Assembly: GCA_038321575.1 (NCBI GenBank)
Contig: JBBQFD010000002.1
Location: 1-60,782, forward strand
Source of the DNA: Bacilli bacterium
GTDB lineage: Bacteria; Bacillota_I; Bacilli_A; RF39; UBA660
Length of the DNA stretch: 60,782 nucleotides
Direction of reading: 5' to 3'
Shown here: positions 40,340-49,174 of the stretch, piece after piece
Layout: the number at the start of each line of letters is the position of its first letter
Numbering within the stretch: the first letter of the stretch is position 1
The notes under the pieces: generated by a model
What the model saw: only the letters and a program-made list of their open reading frames with translations
What the model was told of the DNA's origin: nothing
Databases searched by the model: none
Translations under genes and position numbers: made by a program

Positions 40340-40823
40340 TAAATAAACCTTCAATTTCATTTACATCAATACGATTATTAATAAGATTAACACTTTTAAT
40401 AAATTCTTTAATATTAGGTACCATTTGATTACCATTAATTCCGTTAATTAATAAGATATCATGAGCTTTACTTTTAATGATTTGTTTTACTTGACCTATT
40501 AAGCGATCACTAGCATAAACATCCATGCCAATTAAGTCTTCATTAAATATACCATCAAACTTAATATCACTTCGTTTAGCATAAACACGTTCACCTTTAT
40601 AACCAAGAACATCATTAATGTCCGTTATACCATCAAAAGTAACCATATCATAGTTCTTATGAGGGCGATAGGTATTAATAACTAGTTCTTCTTTATTACG
40701 CCCGATATAGAGCTTAAAATCATGTTTAAAGACTAGTTCTTTATGATCGAAATCAGATACGATTCTAACTTCACCTTTAAGACCGTGTGTATTTACTAAT
40801 TCACCAATAAAAATAAATTCCAT
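40329..40823 (-). CDS. rimM: 16S rRNA processing protein RimM
   Basis: 164 aa, ..IGELVNTHGLKGEVRI... Upstream of trmD. Confidence 0.9.
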   Translation of the reverse strand: MEFIFIGELVNTHGLKGEVRIVSDFDHKELVFKHDFKLYIGRNKEELVINTYRPHKNYDMVTFDGITDINDVLGYKGERVYAKRSDIKFDGIFNEDLIGMDVYASDRLIGQVKQIIKSKAHDILLINGINGNQMVPNIKEFIKSVNLINNRIDVNEIEGLFNEN

Positions 40824-40830
40824 GTTACAC

Positions 40831-41568
40831 CTACTTATCTAATTCGTATAGAATAATACTAGCAGCAACTCCGGCATTTAGACTCTCACAATCTTTGTTC
40901 ATATCGATATAAATAAATTGATCACAAAGATTTAAAATGTTATCACGAATACCCTTGCCTTCGTTTCCCACTATTATAGCAACTTTTTCAAATTTATCAA
41001 TACTTTTTAGACTATTACCATCAGTAACTTTAGTACCAAGAATTTTATAATCATTTTCTTTTAAGGAAGGAATGATTGTTATTAGATCCGATTGAATAAT
41101 ATTAATATGAAATAATAAACCTTGACTAGCACGAATTACTTTCGAATTATATAGATCAACTGTGTCATTACTTAAGATAATCGTTGAGACATTAAAGGCA
41201 ACTGAGCTACGAATAATAGTTCCTAAATTGCCGGGATCTTGGATGCCATCTAAAATAAGTATTTTATTACCTAGTTCATTAAAATGTTCTTTCTTATGAC
41301 ATACTGCCATTACACTTGGTGGTGTTTCTAATTCACTAATATATTTTAAGACATTAGCACTCACTTTAATAGTTGGAACATCGTAATCTAGTGTTTCGTT
41401 TTCTTCTAAAATAAGTTCCTCAATAAAGCCTAGTTTATAAGCCTCAAAAACGAGATGTAGTCCTTCAACAAGGAATAGTCCACTACTATCTCGATTCTTA
41501 CTCATATTTAATTTTTTAATATTTTTAATCTTATCGTTTTCAATTGAAGTATAAATCATATTTATCAC
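40831..41568 (-). CDS. TrmH/SpoU-family RNA 2'-O-methyltransferase
   Basis: 245 aa with ..QDPGNLGTIIRS.. and ..SLNAGVAASI.. motifs. Confidence 0.8.
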   Translation of the reverse strand: MINMIYTSIENDKIKNIKKLNMSKNRDSSGLFLVEGLHLVFEAYKLGFIEELILEENETLDYDVPTIKVSANVLKYISELETPPSVMAVCHKKEHFNELGNKILILDGIQDPGNLGTIIRSSVAFNVSTIILSNDTVDLYNSKVIRASQGLLFHINIIQSDLITIIPSLKENDYKILGTKVTDGNSLKSIDKFEKVAIIVGNEGKGIRDNILNLCDQFIYIDMNKDCESLNAGVAASIILYELDK

Positions 41569-41615
41569 CTATTAGTATTTTATCAAAATAACAATTATAA
41601 GTCCACTAATCAAAT

Positions 41616-41647
41616 AAAAAGAAATTGAACATGATATTCAATTTCTT
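41616..41647 (-). terminator. Intrinsic terminator after lipoprotein gene 1
   Basis: agaaattgaa-catgata-ttcaatttct, 10-bp stem followed by a U-run on the minus strand. Near-identical to the hairpin at 43976..44004. Confidence 0.7.
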
Positions 41648-41655
41648 ATTAATAA

Positions 41656-42318
41656 TTAATTTGTAGGTAAAGTTATATCTTTAGCCATATTGTATGCAGA
41701 ATAATTAGCGTTGATTGTAATGTTTTCAATATTATAAATCAGACGAAATATATAACCTTCTTTATCGATATAAACTTTACCAGTAACTTCTTTAGTAAGT
41801 TTAACATCTGTTAATGCGTTATTATTTAAAATATTTTCAATATCTTTTTTAACGAATGTTAGATTATAAACATCGTAAGTAACTTCGCCAATTTTTTCAA
41901 GGATTTTGCCAGCATTTGCTTTGGCATTCTTAAACCCAATTAAGTATAATGATGGATCATTATAAAATACTGACTCAGTCGTTTTAACATATTGACCAGT
42001 AGCATTTTGAGTATAAGTTATACCATCAATTACATAAATAGTTTTTTGACTAGATGGAAGCCTACGATTAGTATTATCGGTACTAGCATTAACAATGGTT
42101 CTTGATATTAGATATTTACTATTTCTATAACTTTGAATAAATATAGTTTCATTAATATTAGTTTTATCGTTAACACCAATAATTCTAATTGATAAATTAT
42201 AACTACCTTTTTTATTAGTTATTTTATTGTAAGCATTATTGAAAATAGCGTTACTACAACCACTTACAAATAATACTAAACCACATATTAATAATAATTT
42301 TTTAAAATTCTTTTTCAT
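41656..42318 (-). CDS. Lipoprotein, paralog of 44016..44696
   Basis: Lipobox FVSGC. 220 aa. Shares ..LTKEVTGKVYIDKEGYIFRLIYNIENITINANY.. with its paralog. Confidence 0.7.
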   Translation of the reverse strand: MKKNFKKLLLICGLVLFVSGCSNAIFNNAYNKITNKKGSYNLSIRIIGVNDKTNINETIFIQSYRNSKYLISRTIVNASTDNTNRRLPSSQKTIYVIDGITYTQNATGQYVKTTESVFYNDPSLYLIGFKNAKANAGKILEKIGEVTYDVYNLTFVKKDIENILNNNALTDVKLTKEVTGKVYIDKEGYIFRLIYNIENITINANYSAYNMAKDITLPTN

Positions 42319-42333
42319 TTATTCTCCTTTATA

Positions 42334-43917
42334 TTATTGTTTTACCCAAGGCCCGTTTTGTGTGCCTATATAAGTACCTGCTTTTAAAGCATTATATTTA
42401 CTCCCAAAATAATCAGATGGAGCACCTAAAATATTAATACCTAGACTGGTAAAGGCACCACCCATAGTTATGCTTGTTATATTATTCATCATAAACGCTT
42501 CATCATCAATATTAGTAATTGTAGATGGGATGGTTAAACTTGTTAATCCAGTAAACGCAAATGATTGATTACCTACCGTTTTAAATGTACCAGGAAAAGT
42601 TACGCTTGTTAATGGAACACCCCAGAAACAAAGTGATTCAGTTGAAATAACAGTACTTGGAATAGTTATATTAGTTGATGTCCCACCATAACTTACCAGA
42701 ACTGTATTATTAGTAGAACCATTAGAGTTTCTCTTATATATATAAGCTTGGTTGCTAGGTAATAAATTATTATTAAAAGCAGCTCCCATTATGTCTGTTA
42801 CCGTTACCGGGATTGTTAGATTTGTAAGTAAATTGTGTTGAAAGGCCCAAGGTTCAATCGTAGTTACACTGCTTGGAATAGTTACACTCGTTAAATTATT
42901 ATAAGCAAGTGAATACCATTGAATATTTATTACAGTATTCGGGATGGTTATCGATTTGTTAACACCACCGTAACTTACTACTTTAGTATTATCAACACTG
43001 CCATCTGTATTTCTAGCATATATATATGCTTGATTATCTGGTAATAAATTGTTATTAAATGACGCTTCACCAACAAAGGTTAAAGTCGCTGGCAGGGTTA
43101 TCGATGGTATAAAATTATCTTCAAAGGCTCTACCACCAATATTAACAAGTACATCATTTAAAGTAAGACTAGCCAGTTGATTATTAGAAAAAGACCAGCC
43201 ACCGATTGAAGTGACAGTGCTTGGAACAATAAGAGATGTAATACTGTTTTCTTCAAATGCTGAGTCACCAATTGTTATCAATCCTTCTGGAAGAATAAGT
43301 GATGTTAATTTACCGTTAGGTATTTCATAACGATCAAAGGCATACTCTTCAATAATTAATACGTCAACTTCATTAATGGTAGCTGGAACAACAACTTCTG
43401 TTCCACATTCACTATATTGTGGATCTGATGGGTAATCAGAAGCAAAGTAATATGAGACAATGGTCCCAGTTGTTTCATCAAAATCAAAACACACATCAGG
43501 AGTTGGTGTTGTATTAACTACTGTACCGATCACAGAACAATCATTTTCAGGATCAATTATCGCAATATTATTTGCATAATCTACTTTTTTATCATTAATA
43601 CATAAACTAGCTGTTTGAACAACACCGTTTTTATCAATAGTAACATTGCCTACTGTCGGTCCTATTCCTTTATAACTAGGATCAAAAAATGTTATTGGAT
43701 GATCCCCTGTTGTAAGTACTTCGCCACTTAAAATTTGAGTGGCAGTTTGTTTTTCAACAGCGTTAACATAACCTAAAGCACTACTTCTAGTTGCACCATC
43801 TTTTGCTACTTGAACAGCATTCATAATAAGGGGTGTTGAAATCACCGCAATAATTGCTAAGATAACAATTACCGCTAACAATTCAATTAATGTGAATCCT
43901 AAGTTACTTTTTTTCAT
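42334..43917 (-). CDS. Prepilin-headed BspA-type leucine-rich-repeat surface protein (long paralog)
   Basis: MKKSNLG|FTLIELLAVIVILAIIAV class III signal. Pilin-like head with a Cys pair (LCINDKK..NDCS), then about 14 repeats of the ..IP.TVT.IG..AF..N.LTS.TIP.. type. 527 aa. Confidence 0.8.
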   Translation of the reverse strand: MKKSNLGFTLIELLAVIVILAIIAVISTPLIMNAVQVAKDGATRSSALGYVNAVEKQTATQILSGEVLTTGDHPITFFDPSYKGIGPTVGNVTIDKNGVVQTASLCINDKKVDYANNIAIIDPENDCSVIGTVVNTTPTPDVCFDFDETTGTIVSYYFASDYPSDPQYSECGTEVVVPATINEVDVLIIEEYAFDRYEIPNGKLTSLILPEGLITIGDSAFEENSITSLIVPSTVTSIGGWSFSNNQLASLTLNDVLVNIGGRAFEDNFIPSITLPATLTFVGEASFNNNLLPDNQAYIYARNTDGSVDNTKVVSYGGVNKSITIPNTVINIQWYSLAYNNLTSVTIPSSVTTIEPWAFQHNLLTNLTIPVTVTDIMGAAFNNNLLPSNQAYIYKRNSNGSTNNTVLVSYGGTSTNITIPSTVISTESLCFWGVPLTSVTFPGTFKTVGNQSFAFTGLTSLTIPSTITNIDDEAFMMNNITSITMGGAFTSLGINILGAPSDYFGSKYNALKAGTYIGTQNGPWVKQ

Positions 43918-43947
43918 ATGTACCTCCTATATTTTATTATTAATATT

Positions 43948-43956
43948 ATTATAACA
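43948..43956 (-). promoter_or_regulatory. Extended -10 element (TGtTATAAT) upstream of the long pilin-LRR gene
   Basis: The minus strand reads cgtgttataat about 30 nt upstream of the AGGAGG RBS. The -35 is weak. Confidence 0.4.
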
Positions 43957-43975
43957 CGTTTTTACTTTATAAATA

Positions 43976-44004
43976 AAAAAATTGAACATGATATTCAATT
44001 TCTT
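43976..44004 (-). terminator. Intrinsic terminator after lipoprotein gene 2
   Basis: aaattgaa-catgata-ttcaattt plus a U-run. About 30 nt are nearly identical to 41616..41647. Confidence 0.65.
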
Positions 44005-44015
44005 CTTTTTAAATA

Positions 44016-44696
44016 TTAAACGTTTGGTAAATTTAAATCTTCAACTGGTAATTTTATATCTCTAGCAGTATCATATCCAAAATAATTAGCATTGATAGTT
44101 ATTTTATCAATATTATAAATAATACGATATACATAACCTTCTTTATTAATATATACTTTACCAGTTGCATCTTTGGTAAGTTTTACATTAGTTAAAGCAG
44201 TATCTTTTAAGATCTTTTCAACTGCTGCTTTAGTAAAAGTTAAAGTATAAACATCGCAATTAATAGTACCAACTTTTTCAGTAGTTTTTTCATCATTTTG
44301 AGTTGCGTTTTTAAGCCCTTCTAAATAAATAGATGGATTAGTATATTTAACCTTTTCAGTAGTTACTGTATATTTTTTATCAGTACCCATAACATATGTT
44401 TTGCCATTAATTATATAAGTAACTTCTTTAGTTGGTGTTGGATTATTATAGTCAGTACTAGAAATATTTTTAGTTATTTCAAATTTTGTGCTCATATAAT
44501 TTCTAATACGTAATCTTTCGCTTATTTTAGTGGTACCATTAACCCCACTAATGATTAAATCTAGAGTATAACCATTAAGAGCTTCCTTACTTACTTTCAT
44601 TCCTGTATAAGCTTCGTTTAGAACTTTATTAGTGCATCCTGTTAGTATTAATAATAGACTGATTATTAGTAGTAAATATTTGAAATTATTTTTCAT
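44016..44696 (-). CDS. Lipoprotein, paralog of 41656..42318
   Basis: Lipobox ILTGC. 226 aa, ..LTKDATGKVYINKEGYVYRIIYNIDKITINANY... Confidence 0.7.
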   Translation of the reverse strand: MKNNFKYLLLIISLLLILTGCTNKVLNEAYTGMKVSKEALNGYTLDLIISGVNGTTKISERLRIRNYMSTKFEITKNISSTDYNNPTPTKEVTYIINGKTYVMGTDKKYTVTTEKVKYTNPSIYLEGLKNATQNDEKTTEKVGTINCDVYTLTFTKAAVEKILKDTALTNVKLTKDATGKVYINKEGYVYRIIYNIDKITINANYFGYDTARDIKLPVEDLNLPNV

Positions 44697-44722
44697 ATAT
44701 TCTCCTTTTTTTCTATGTATAA

Positions 44723-45520
44723 CTATTGCTTAAACCAAACCATATCCGTAAATAAGTACGAACCTAAACCGCCAATATTATAAACTGTTCTAAATTGGTT
44801 AGTACCAAATGCCATATCACCAATTGTTAATCCGTTGCTGCCAATAATGACAACAGTTATTGAGTTTAAATCAAACGCATTATTACCAATAGTAGTAATT
44901 CCATTTGGTATATAAGCGGCAGTTAAGTTATATCCTTTAAAAGCATTATTACCAATGGTAGTTACTACTGCTCCACTAATTGTTGGTGGGACGGATACTT
45001 CAGAAGTACAATCTATATAAGTAGGTGTTGGATTATTAATGTATGATTTATAACCAGTAATAGTTTTAGTACCAGAATTAAATATAAAACAAACATCAGG
45101 ATTTGGTTCTGGTATGATACCAACTACATCAATGTCTGAACAAAAACGAGTTTTATCAATTGTTGCTAAATTATTGGAATAATTTACTTTTTTATCATCA
45201 ATGCATAATTCAGCAACAATAACACTACCGTTATCATCAATCAACATATGACCAATGGTTGGTAAGGTCCCTTTTAAAGCCACTTGAAAATCATCAAGTA
45301 TGTAAGGGCCACCAATCGATTCTTCATTTAAAATTTTGTTAGCCGTCTCTTTTTCAACAGCAATAATATATCCATAAGCACTATTAATAGTGGCCCCATT
45401 TTTAGCATCTTGAATAGTTTTAATAATGATTGGTATAGTAATGGCGGCAATAACAACTAAAATAATAATGACTGATAATAATTCGATTAAAGTAAAACCT
45501 TGTTTATTTTTTATATTCAA
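44723..45520 (-). CDS. Prepilin-headed BspA-type leucine-rich-repeat surface protein (short paralog)
   Basis: TTG start 9 nt after GGAGG. MNIKNKQG|FTLIELLSVIIILVVIAA signal. Same head (LCIDDKK..RFCS) and linker (PDVCFIFNSGTKTI) as the long paralog. About 3 LRRs, 265 aa. Confidence 0.8.
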   Translation of the reverse strand: MNIKNKQGFTLIELLSVIIILVVIAAITIPIIIKTIQDAKNGATINSAYGYIIAVEKETANKILNEESIGGPYILDDFQVALKGTLPTIGHMLIDDNGSVIVAELCIDDKKVNYSNNLATIDKTRFCSDIDVVGIIPEPNPDVCFIFNSGTKTITGYKSYINNPTPTYIDCTSEVSVPPTISGAVVTTIGNNAFKGYNLTAAYIPNGITTIGNNAFDLNSITVVIIGSNGLTIGDMAFGTNQFRTVYNIGGLGSYLFTDMVWFKQ

Positions 45521-45553
45521 TTTTTATAACCTCCATATCTTATCATTAATATA

Positions 45554-45582
45554 ATTCTAACACTTTATACTTTTTTTTGCAA
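45554..45582 (-). promoter_or_regulatory. Putative sigma-A promoter of the pilin-LRR/lipoprotein module
   Basis: Minus-strand TTGCAA (45577..45582), 17-nt spacer, TAGAAT (45554..45559). Confidence 0.5.
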
Positions 45583-45584
45583 TT

Positions 45585-45614
45585 AAAAAGATTGAACTAA
45601 TATTCAATCTTTTT
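45585..45614 (-). terminator. Hairpin terminator overlapping the glyQS stop codon
   Basis: aaaaagattgaa-ctaata-ttcaatcttttt. The TAG stop lies in the loop. Confidence 0.55.
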
Positions 45615-46976
45615 GCTTACATATTCAACTACTTTATCTAGTGATAAGGTAATTTGTTCCATGGTATCACGATCACGAATTGTAACTGTATTTTTATTTA
45701 AGGTTTCATCATCAATCGTAATACACATTGGGGTTCCCATAACGTCTTCTCTACGATAACGTTTACCAATATTACCAGCTTCATCATAAATTGTCATAAA
45801 GTTTTTAGATAACATTTGGTATACTTCTTTAGCTTTATCACTGTGAAGCTTTTTCATGAGTGGTAAGACTGCCACTTTATATGGAGCAAGTGCCGGGTGA
45901 AAATGCATTATTTCACGAGGCTCACCATCAGGCATTATTTGTTCTTCATATGCTTCACATAAGAAAGCTAAAGTAACGCGGTCAGCGCCAAGAGACGGTT
46001 CTATAACATAAGGAATATATTTTTCATTAGTTTCTGGATCAAAATAAGACATATCTTGTTTTGAAAACTTTTGATGTTGGGTTAAATCATAATTAGTACG
46101 GGAAGCAATACCCCATAGTTCACCAAAACCAAAAGGAAAGTTGTATTCAATATCGGTTGTTGCATTACTATAAAAAGATAATTCTTCGGCACTATGATCA
46201 CGTAGTTTTAAATTTTCTTTTTGTAAACCTAAACTATATAACCAATTAACTGAGTAATCTTTCCAGTATTTAAACCATTCTAATTCAGTACCTGGTTTGC
46301 AAAAAAATTCTAGTTCCATTTGTTCGAATTCTCTAGTTCTAAAAGTGAAGTTACCAGGAGTAATTTCATTTCTAAAACTCTTACCTATTTGAGCTACCCC
46401 AAATGGTACTTTTAAACGCATGGTTCTTTGAACATTTAAGAAATTAACAAATATTCCTTGAGCAGTTTCAGGACGTAAGAAGATTGTACTTTTTGAATCT
46501 TCAGTTACACCTTGAAATGTTTTAAACATTAAGTTAAATTTACGAATTTCGGTATAATCTAATTTACCACAATTAGGACAAACGATATTATTATCTTTTA
46601 TATAGGTCATTAATTCAGCATCACTCATAGCCCCGGCATCAATTTTACCTTTAGCAAAATCTTCAACTAGTTTATCAGCACGATGACGAGTCTTACAACT
46701 TTTACAATCAATTAAGGGATCATTAAAAGTTTCAATATGACCGCTTGCTTCCCACGTTTTAGGATTCATTAAAATAGCTGAATCCATTCCAACATTATAA
46801 ATACTTTCTTGGACAAACTTTTTTAACCAAGCTTTTTTAACGTTATTTTTAAGTTCCACACCTAAAGGACCGTAATCCCAGGTATTAGCAAGACCACCAT
46901 AGATTTCACTTCCTTGGAAGATAAAACCATATTGTTTAGTTAAATTACCTAATTTTTCCATTGTTATTTTACTCAT
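45597..46976 (-). CDS. glyQS: Glycine--tRNA ligase, single-chain (alpha2) type
   Basis: 459 aa class II aaRS (..[25 protein letters not shown]..). Follows recO as in other Firmicutes. Confidence 0.97.
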   Translation of the reverse strand: MSKITMEKLGNLTKQYGFIFQGSEIYGGLANTWDYGPLGVELKNNVKKAWLKKFVQESIYNVGMDSAILMNPKTWEASGHIETFNDPLIDCKSCKTRHRADKLVEDFAKGKIDAGAMSDAELMTYIKDNNIVCPNCGKLDYTEIRKFNLMFKTFQGVTEDSKSTIFLRPETAQGIFVNFLNVQRTMRLKVPFGVAQIGKSFRNEITPGNFTFRTREFEQMELEFFCKPGTELEWFKYWKDYSVNWLYSLGLQKENLKLRDHSAEELSFYSNATTDIEYNFPFGFGELWGIASRTNYDLTQHQKFSKQDMSYFDPETNEKYIPYVIEPSLGADRVTLAFLCEAYEEQIMPDGEPREIMHFHPALAPYKVAVLPLMKKLHSDKAKEVYQMLSKNFMTIYDEAGNIGKRYRREDVMGTPMCITIDDETLNKNTVTIRDRDTMEQITLSLDKVVEYVSKKIEY

Positions 46977-47080
46977 AACTTTTCCTCCTAAAAATAAAAA
47001 ACTTTTAGAGTCGTAAGGACGAGTATCCCCGCGATTCTGCCTTACTTATTCCAAAAGAATTAACACTTTCATACAAGTTA
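46977..47080 (-). promoter_or_regulatory. glyQS leader, short and only partly T-box-like
   Basis: ..AAGGCAGAAUCGCGGGGAUACUCGUCCUUAC.. followed by U-runs and AGGAGG. It resembles the 3' half of a T-box core but lacks GGUGGUACC. Confidence 0.35.
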
Positions 47081-47109
47081 ATTCTATTATATTATGACTA
47101 CTTTGTCAA
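47081..47109 (-). promoter_or_regulatory. Putative sigma-A promoter of glyQS
   Basis: Minus-strand TTGACA (47104..47109), 17-nt spacer, TAGAAT (47081..47086). Confidence 0.55.
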
Positions 47110-47112
47110 TTA

Positions 47113-47847
47113 TTAACCTAGTTTATTAAGATTCTTTAAAAATGTTTTACTTTTTAAATATAAACCAGTATATTTTTCATAATAGTGATCTAAAAAATCA
47201 TTGATTTCTTTTTTTACTTTATCACTAATATCTAATTGACTTATTTTAGCGATATCAACATAATAAAACATCCTTATAAGTTTAATGGTTTTCTCATCAA
47301 CCAAGGGTTCACTCTTACGACAATGATTACAAACATAACCCCCTAAATCAGATGATAAGGTTGATATACCAGTCGTTTTGCCACAAATACTACAAGCATC
47401 AATAATAGGCATAACACCTAAATAATCTAAGTACTTTAATTCTAAGATGTTAGTAATAACCATCGGATCATAGCCTTCATTTATTTTTAATAAACTAGCG
47501 ATTAATAAAGGATATATTTCTTCACTATAATTTTGTTTCATAACTTGTTCAGTTAGATCAATAATAAAACTAGCATAACTAATGCTCGTAATATCTTTTC
47601 TAATATTACGAAAAGTATCAATTACATCAACACTCGTTAAAGTAGATAATTTATCTTTTTTATAATACATATTAAAATAACCATAGGTTAGTTTACCAGA
47701 AACACTACGAAGTTCACTTTTCATAGTTTTTGAACCTTTGGCAATAGCACCAATAATCCCATAATCTTTAGTTATAATATTAATTATTTTACTGGTTTCA
47801 CCATAATCACGTTCATTAATAATGATACCTTCAATTTTTTCAATCAT
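47113..47847 (-). CDS. recO: DNA repair protein RecO
   Basis: 244 aa, ..EGIIINERDYGETSKII.. with a Cys4 zinc motif (CSICG..CNHC). Confidence 0.9.
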   Translation of the reverse strand: MIEKIEGIIINERDYGETSKIINIITKDYGIIGAIAKGSKTMKSELRSVSGKLTYGYFNMYYKKDKLSTLTSVDVIDTFRNIRKDITSISYASFIIDLTEQVMKQNYSEEIYPLLIASLLKINEGYDPMVITNILELKYLDYLGVMPIIDACSICGKTTGISTLSSDLGGYVCNHCRKSEPLVDEKTIKLIRMFYYVDIAKISQLDISDKVKKEINDFLDHYYEKYTGLYLKSKTFLKNLNKLG

Positions 47848-47868
47848 AAATCACTACTTTCTAATTTA

Positions 47869-47892
47869 TAAAAAACCACATGTGTGGTTATT
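47869..47892 (-). terminator. Terminator after era (perfect 16-nt palindrome aaccacatgtgtggtt)
   Basis: Palindrome at 47874..47889 flanked by A- and T-runs. Confidence 0.65.
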
Positions 47893-47900
47893 TATAAATA

Positions 47901-48785
47901 TTATTCAAATTCGTTATAGCCAAATTCAGCTAAATATTTTTCTTTATCACGCCAATTTTTAATGGTTTTAACAAATAATTCTAAGTAAACCTTTCCGCCA
48001 AGTAATTCTTCAATTTCTTGTCTTGATAAGATTCCTATTTCTTTAATTTTACTACCTTGATGCCCAACAATAATTTTCTTTAGGGAATCACGATCAATAA
48101 TGATCGCAACATTTATCGAATAATTACCTTTATTCTTTTCCATATGTTCAACAATACAAGTAGTTGAATGTGGCACTTCTTCTTCGGTTAAATTAAATAC
48201 TTTTTCGCGAACTATTTCCGCAATTAGAAATGATGTTGGTTTATTGGTAATTGAATCATCATCATAATACTTAACAGTATCAGTTAAATAATTCTTAATA
48301 ACCTTCACTAACGTATCCACATTATCCCCTTTTAAAGCTGATACAGGAACGATTTCTTTAAAGGGATATAAATCCTTATACTCATCAATTTTAAGCAAGA
48401 TTTGGCCTCTTGGAATACGATCTATCTTATTTAAAATTAAGATAACTGGTTTAGTTATTTCTTTTAATTTTTCCATGACGTAACGGTCCCCTGGACCAAT
48501 GGTATCAGAGGCGTCCACTAACATTAATACAACATCAACATCATCAATACTATAATAAGCTTGACGATTAAGATATTTACCTAATTTATGAACTGGTTTA
48601 TGAATACCAGGAGTATCCACAAAAACAATTTGAATATCATCCTCATGATAAATACCTTGAATATTATTACGAGTTGTTTGCGGTTTATTAGACGTAATTG
48701 CGACTTTCTTACCAATAATATTATTTAATAAAGTTGATTTGCCAACATTAGGACGACCAATGATGCTTACGAATCCTGATTTCAT
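47901..48785 (-). CDS. era: GTPase Era
   Basis: 294 aa with GRPNVGKST, DTPG, NKID and a C-terminal KH domain. Confidence 0.97.
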   Translation of the reverse strand: MKSGFVSIIGRPNVGKSTLLNNIIGKKVAITSNKPQTTRNNIQGIYHEDDIQIVFVDTPGIHKPVHKLGKYLNRQAYYSIDDVDVVLMLVDASDTIGPGDRYVMEKLKEITKPVILILNKIDRIPRGQILLKIDEYKDLYPFKEIVPVSALKGDNVDTLVKVIKNYLTDTVKYYDDDSITNKPTSFLIAEIVREKVFNLTEEEVPHSTTCIVEHMEKNKGNYSINVAIIIDRDSLKKIIVGHQGSKIKEIGILSRQEIEELLGGKVYLELFVKTIKNWRDKEKYLAEFGYNEFE

Positions 48786-49165
48786 TTTAAGTCCTCACTA
48801 GTAAAAGGATGATTTAAGATATCAGTCATCTTATATCTTTTGGTTTCATTTTTATTCATAAGAATTAATTCAGCATCATTACCAAAAAACTCACTGATAG
48901 TTTGACGACACAAGTAGCAAGGAAATGCTAATGAATCGTTTTCAACCATCACATATAAGGCTTTGAAATCACCACGTTTAAAACCACTAGCGATGGCATT
49001 ATTAATAGCATTACGCTCAGCACAAATGGTTGCTCCATAAGAAGCATTTTCAACATTAACGCCAGCAAAAGCATGTTTATCATTAGTGACAACAATCGCT
49101 GCAACCTTATAATTTGAATAAGGTGCATAAGCATTATTTAATAACTTTGATAGTACTTCTTTCAT
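48782..49165 (-). CDS. cdd: Cytidine deaminase
   Basis: 127 aa with the CAERNAI and PCYLCRQ zinc-binding motifs. Confidence 0.9.
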   Translation of the reverse strand: MKEVLSKLLNNAYAPYSNYKVAAIVVTNDKHAFAGVNVENASYGATICAERNAINNAIASGFKRGDFKALYVMVENDSLAFPCYLCRQTISEFFGNDAELILMNKNETKRYKMTDILNHPFTSEDLK

Positions 49166-49174
49166 GGTAACCTC

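Noticed and set aside
41569-45596. The duplicated pilin-LRR/lipoprotein region as a mobile element or prophage remnant
   Set aside because: There is no integrase, transposase, recombinase, tRNA target or flanking direct/inverted repeats. The only repeated DNA is the terminator hairpin, so I treat it as a local tandem duplication.
47874-47889. Perfect 16-nt palindrome aaccacatgtgtggtt as a regulator operator or restriction-type site
   Set aside because: It is flanked by A- and T-runs directly after the era stop, so it is most simply an intrinsic terminator.
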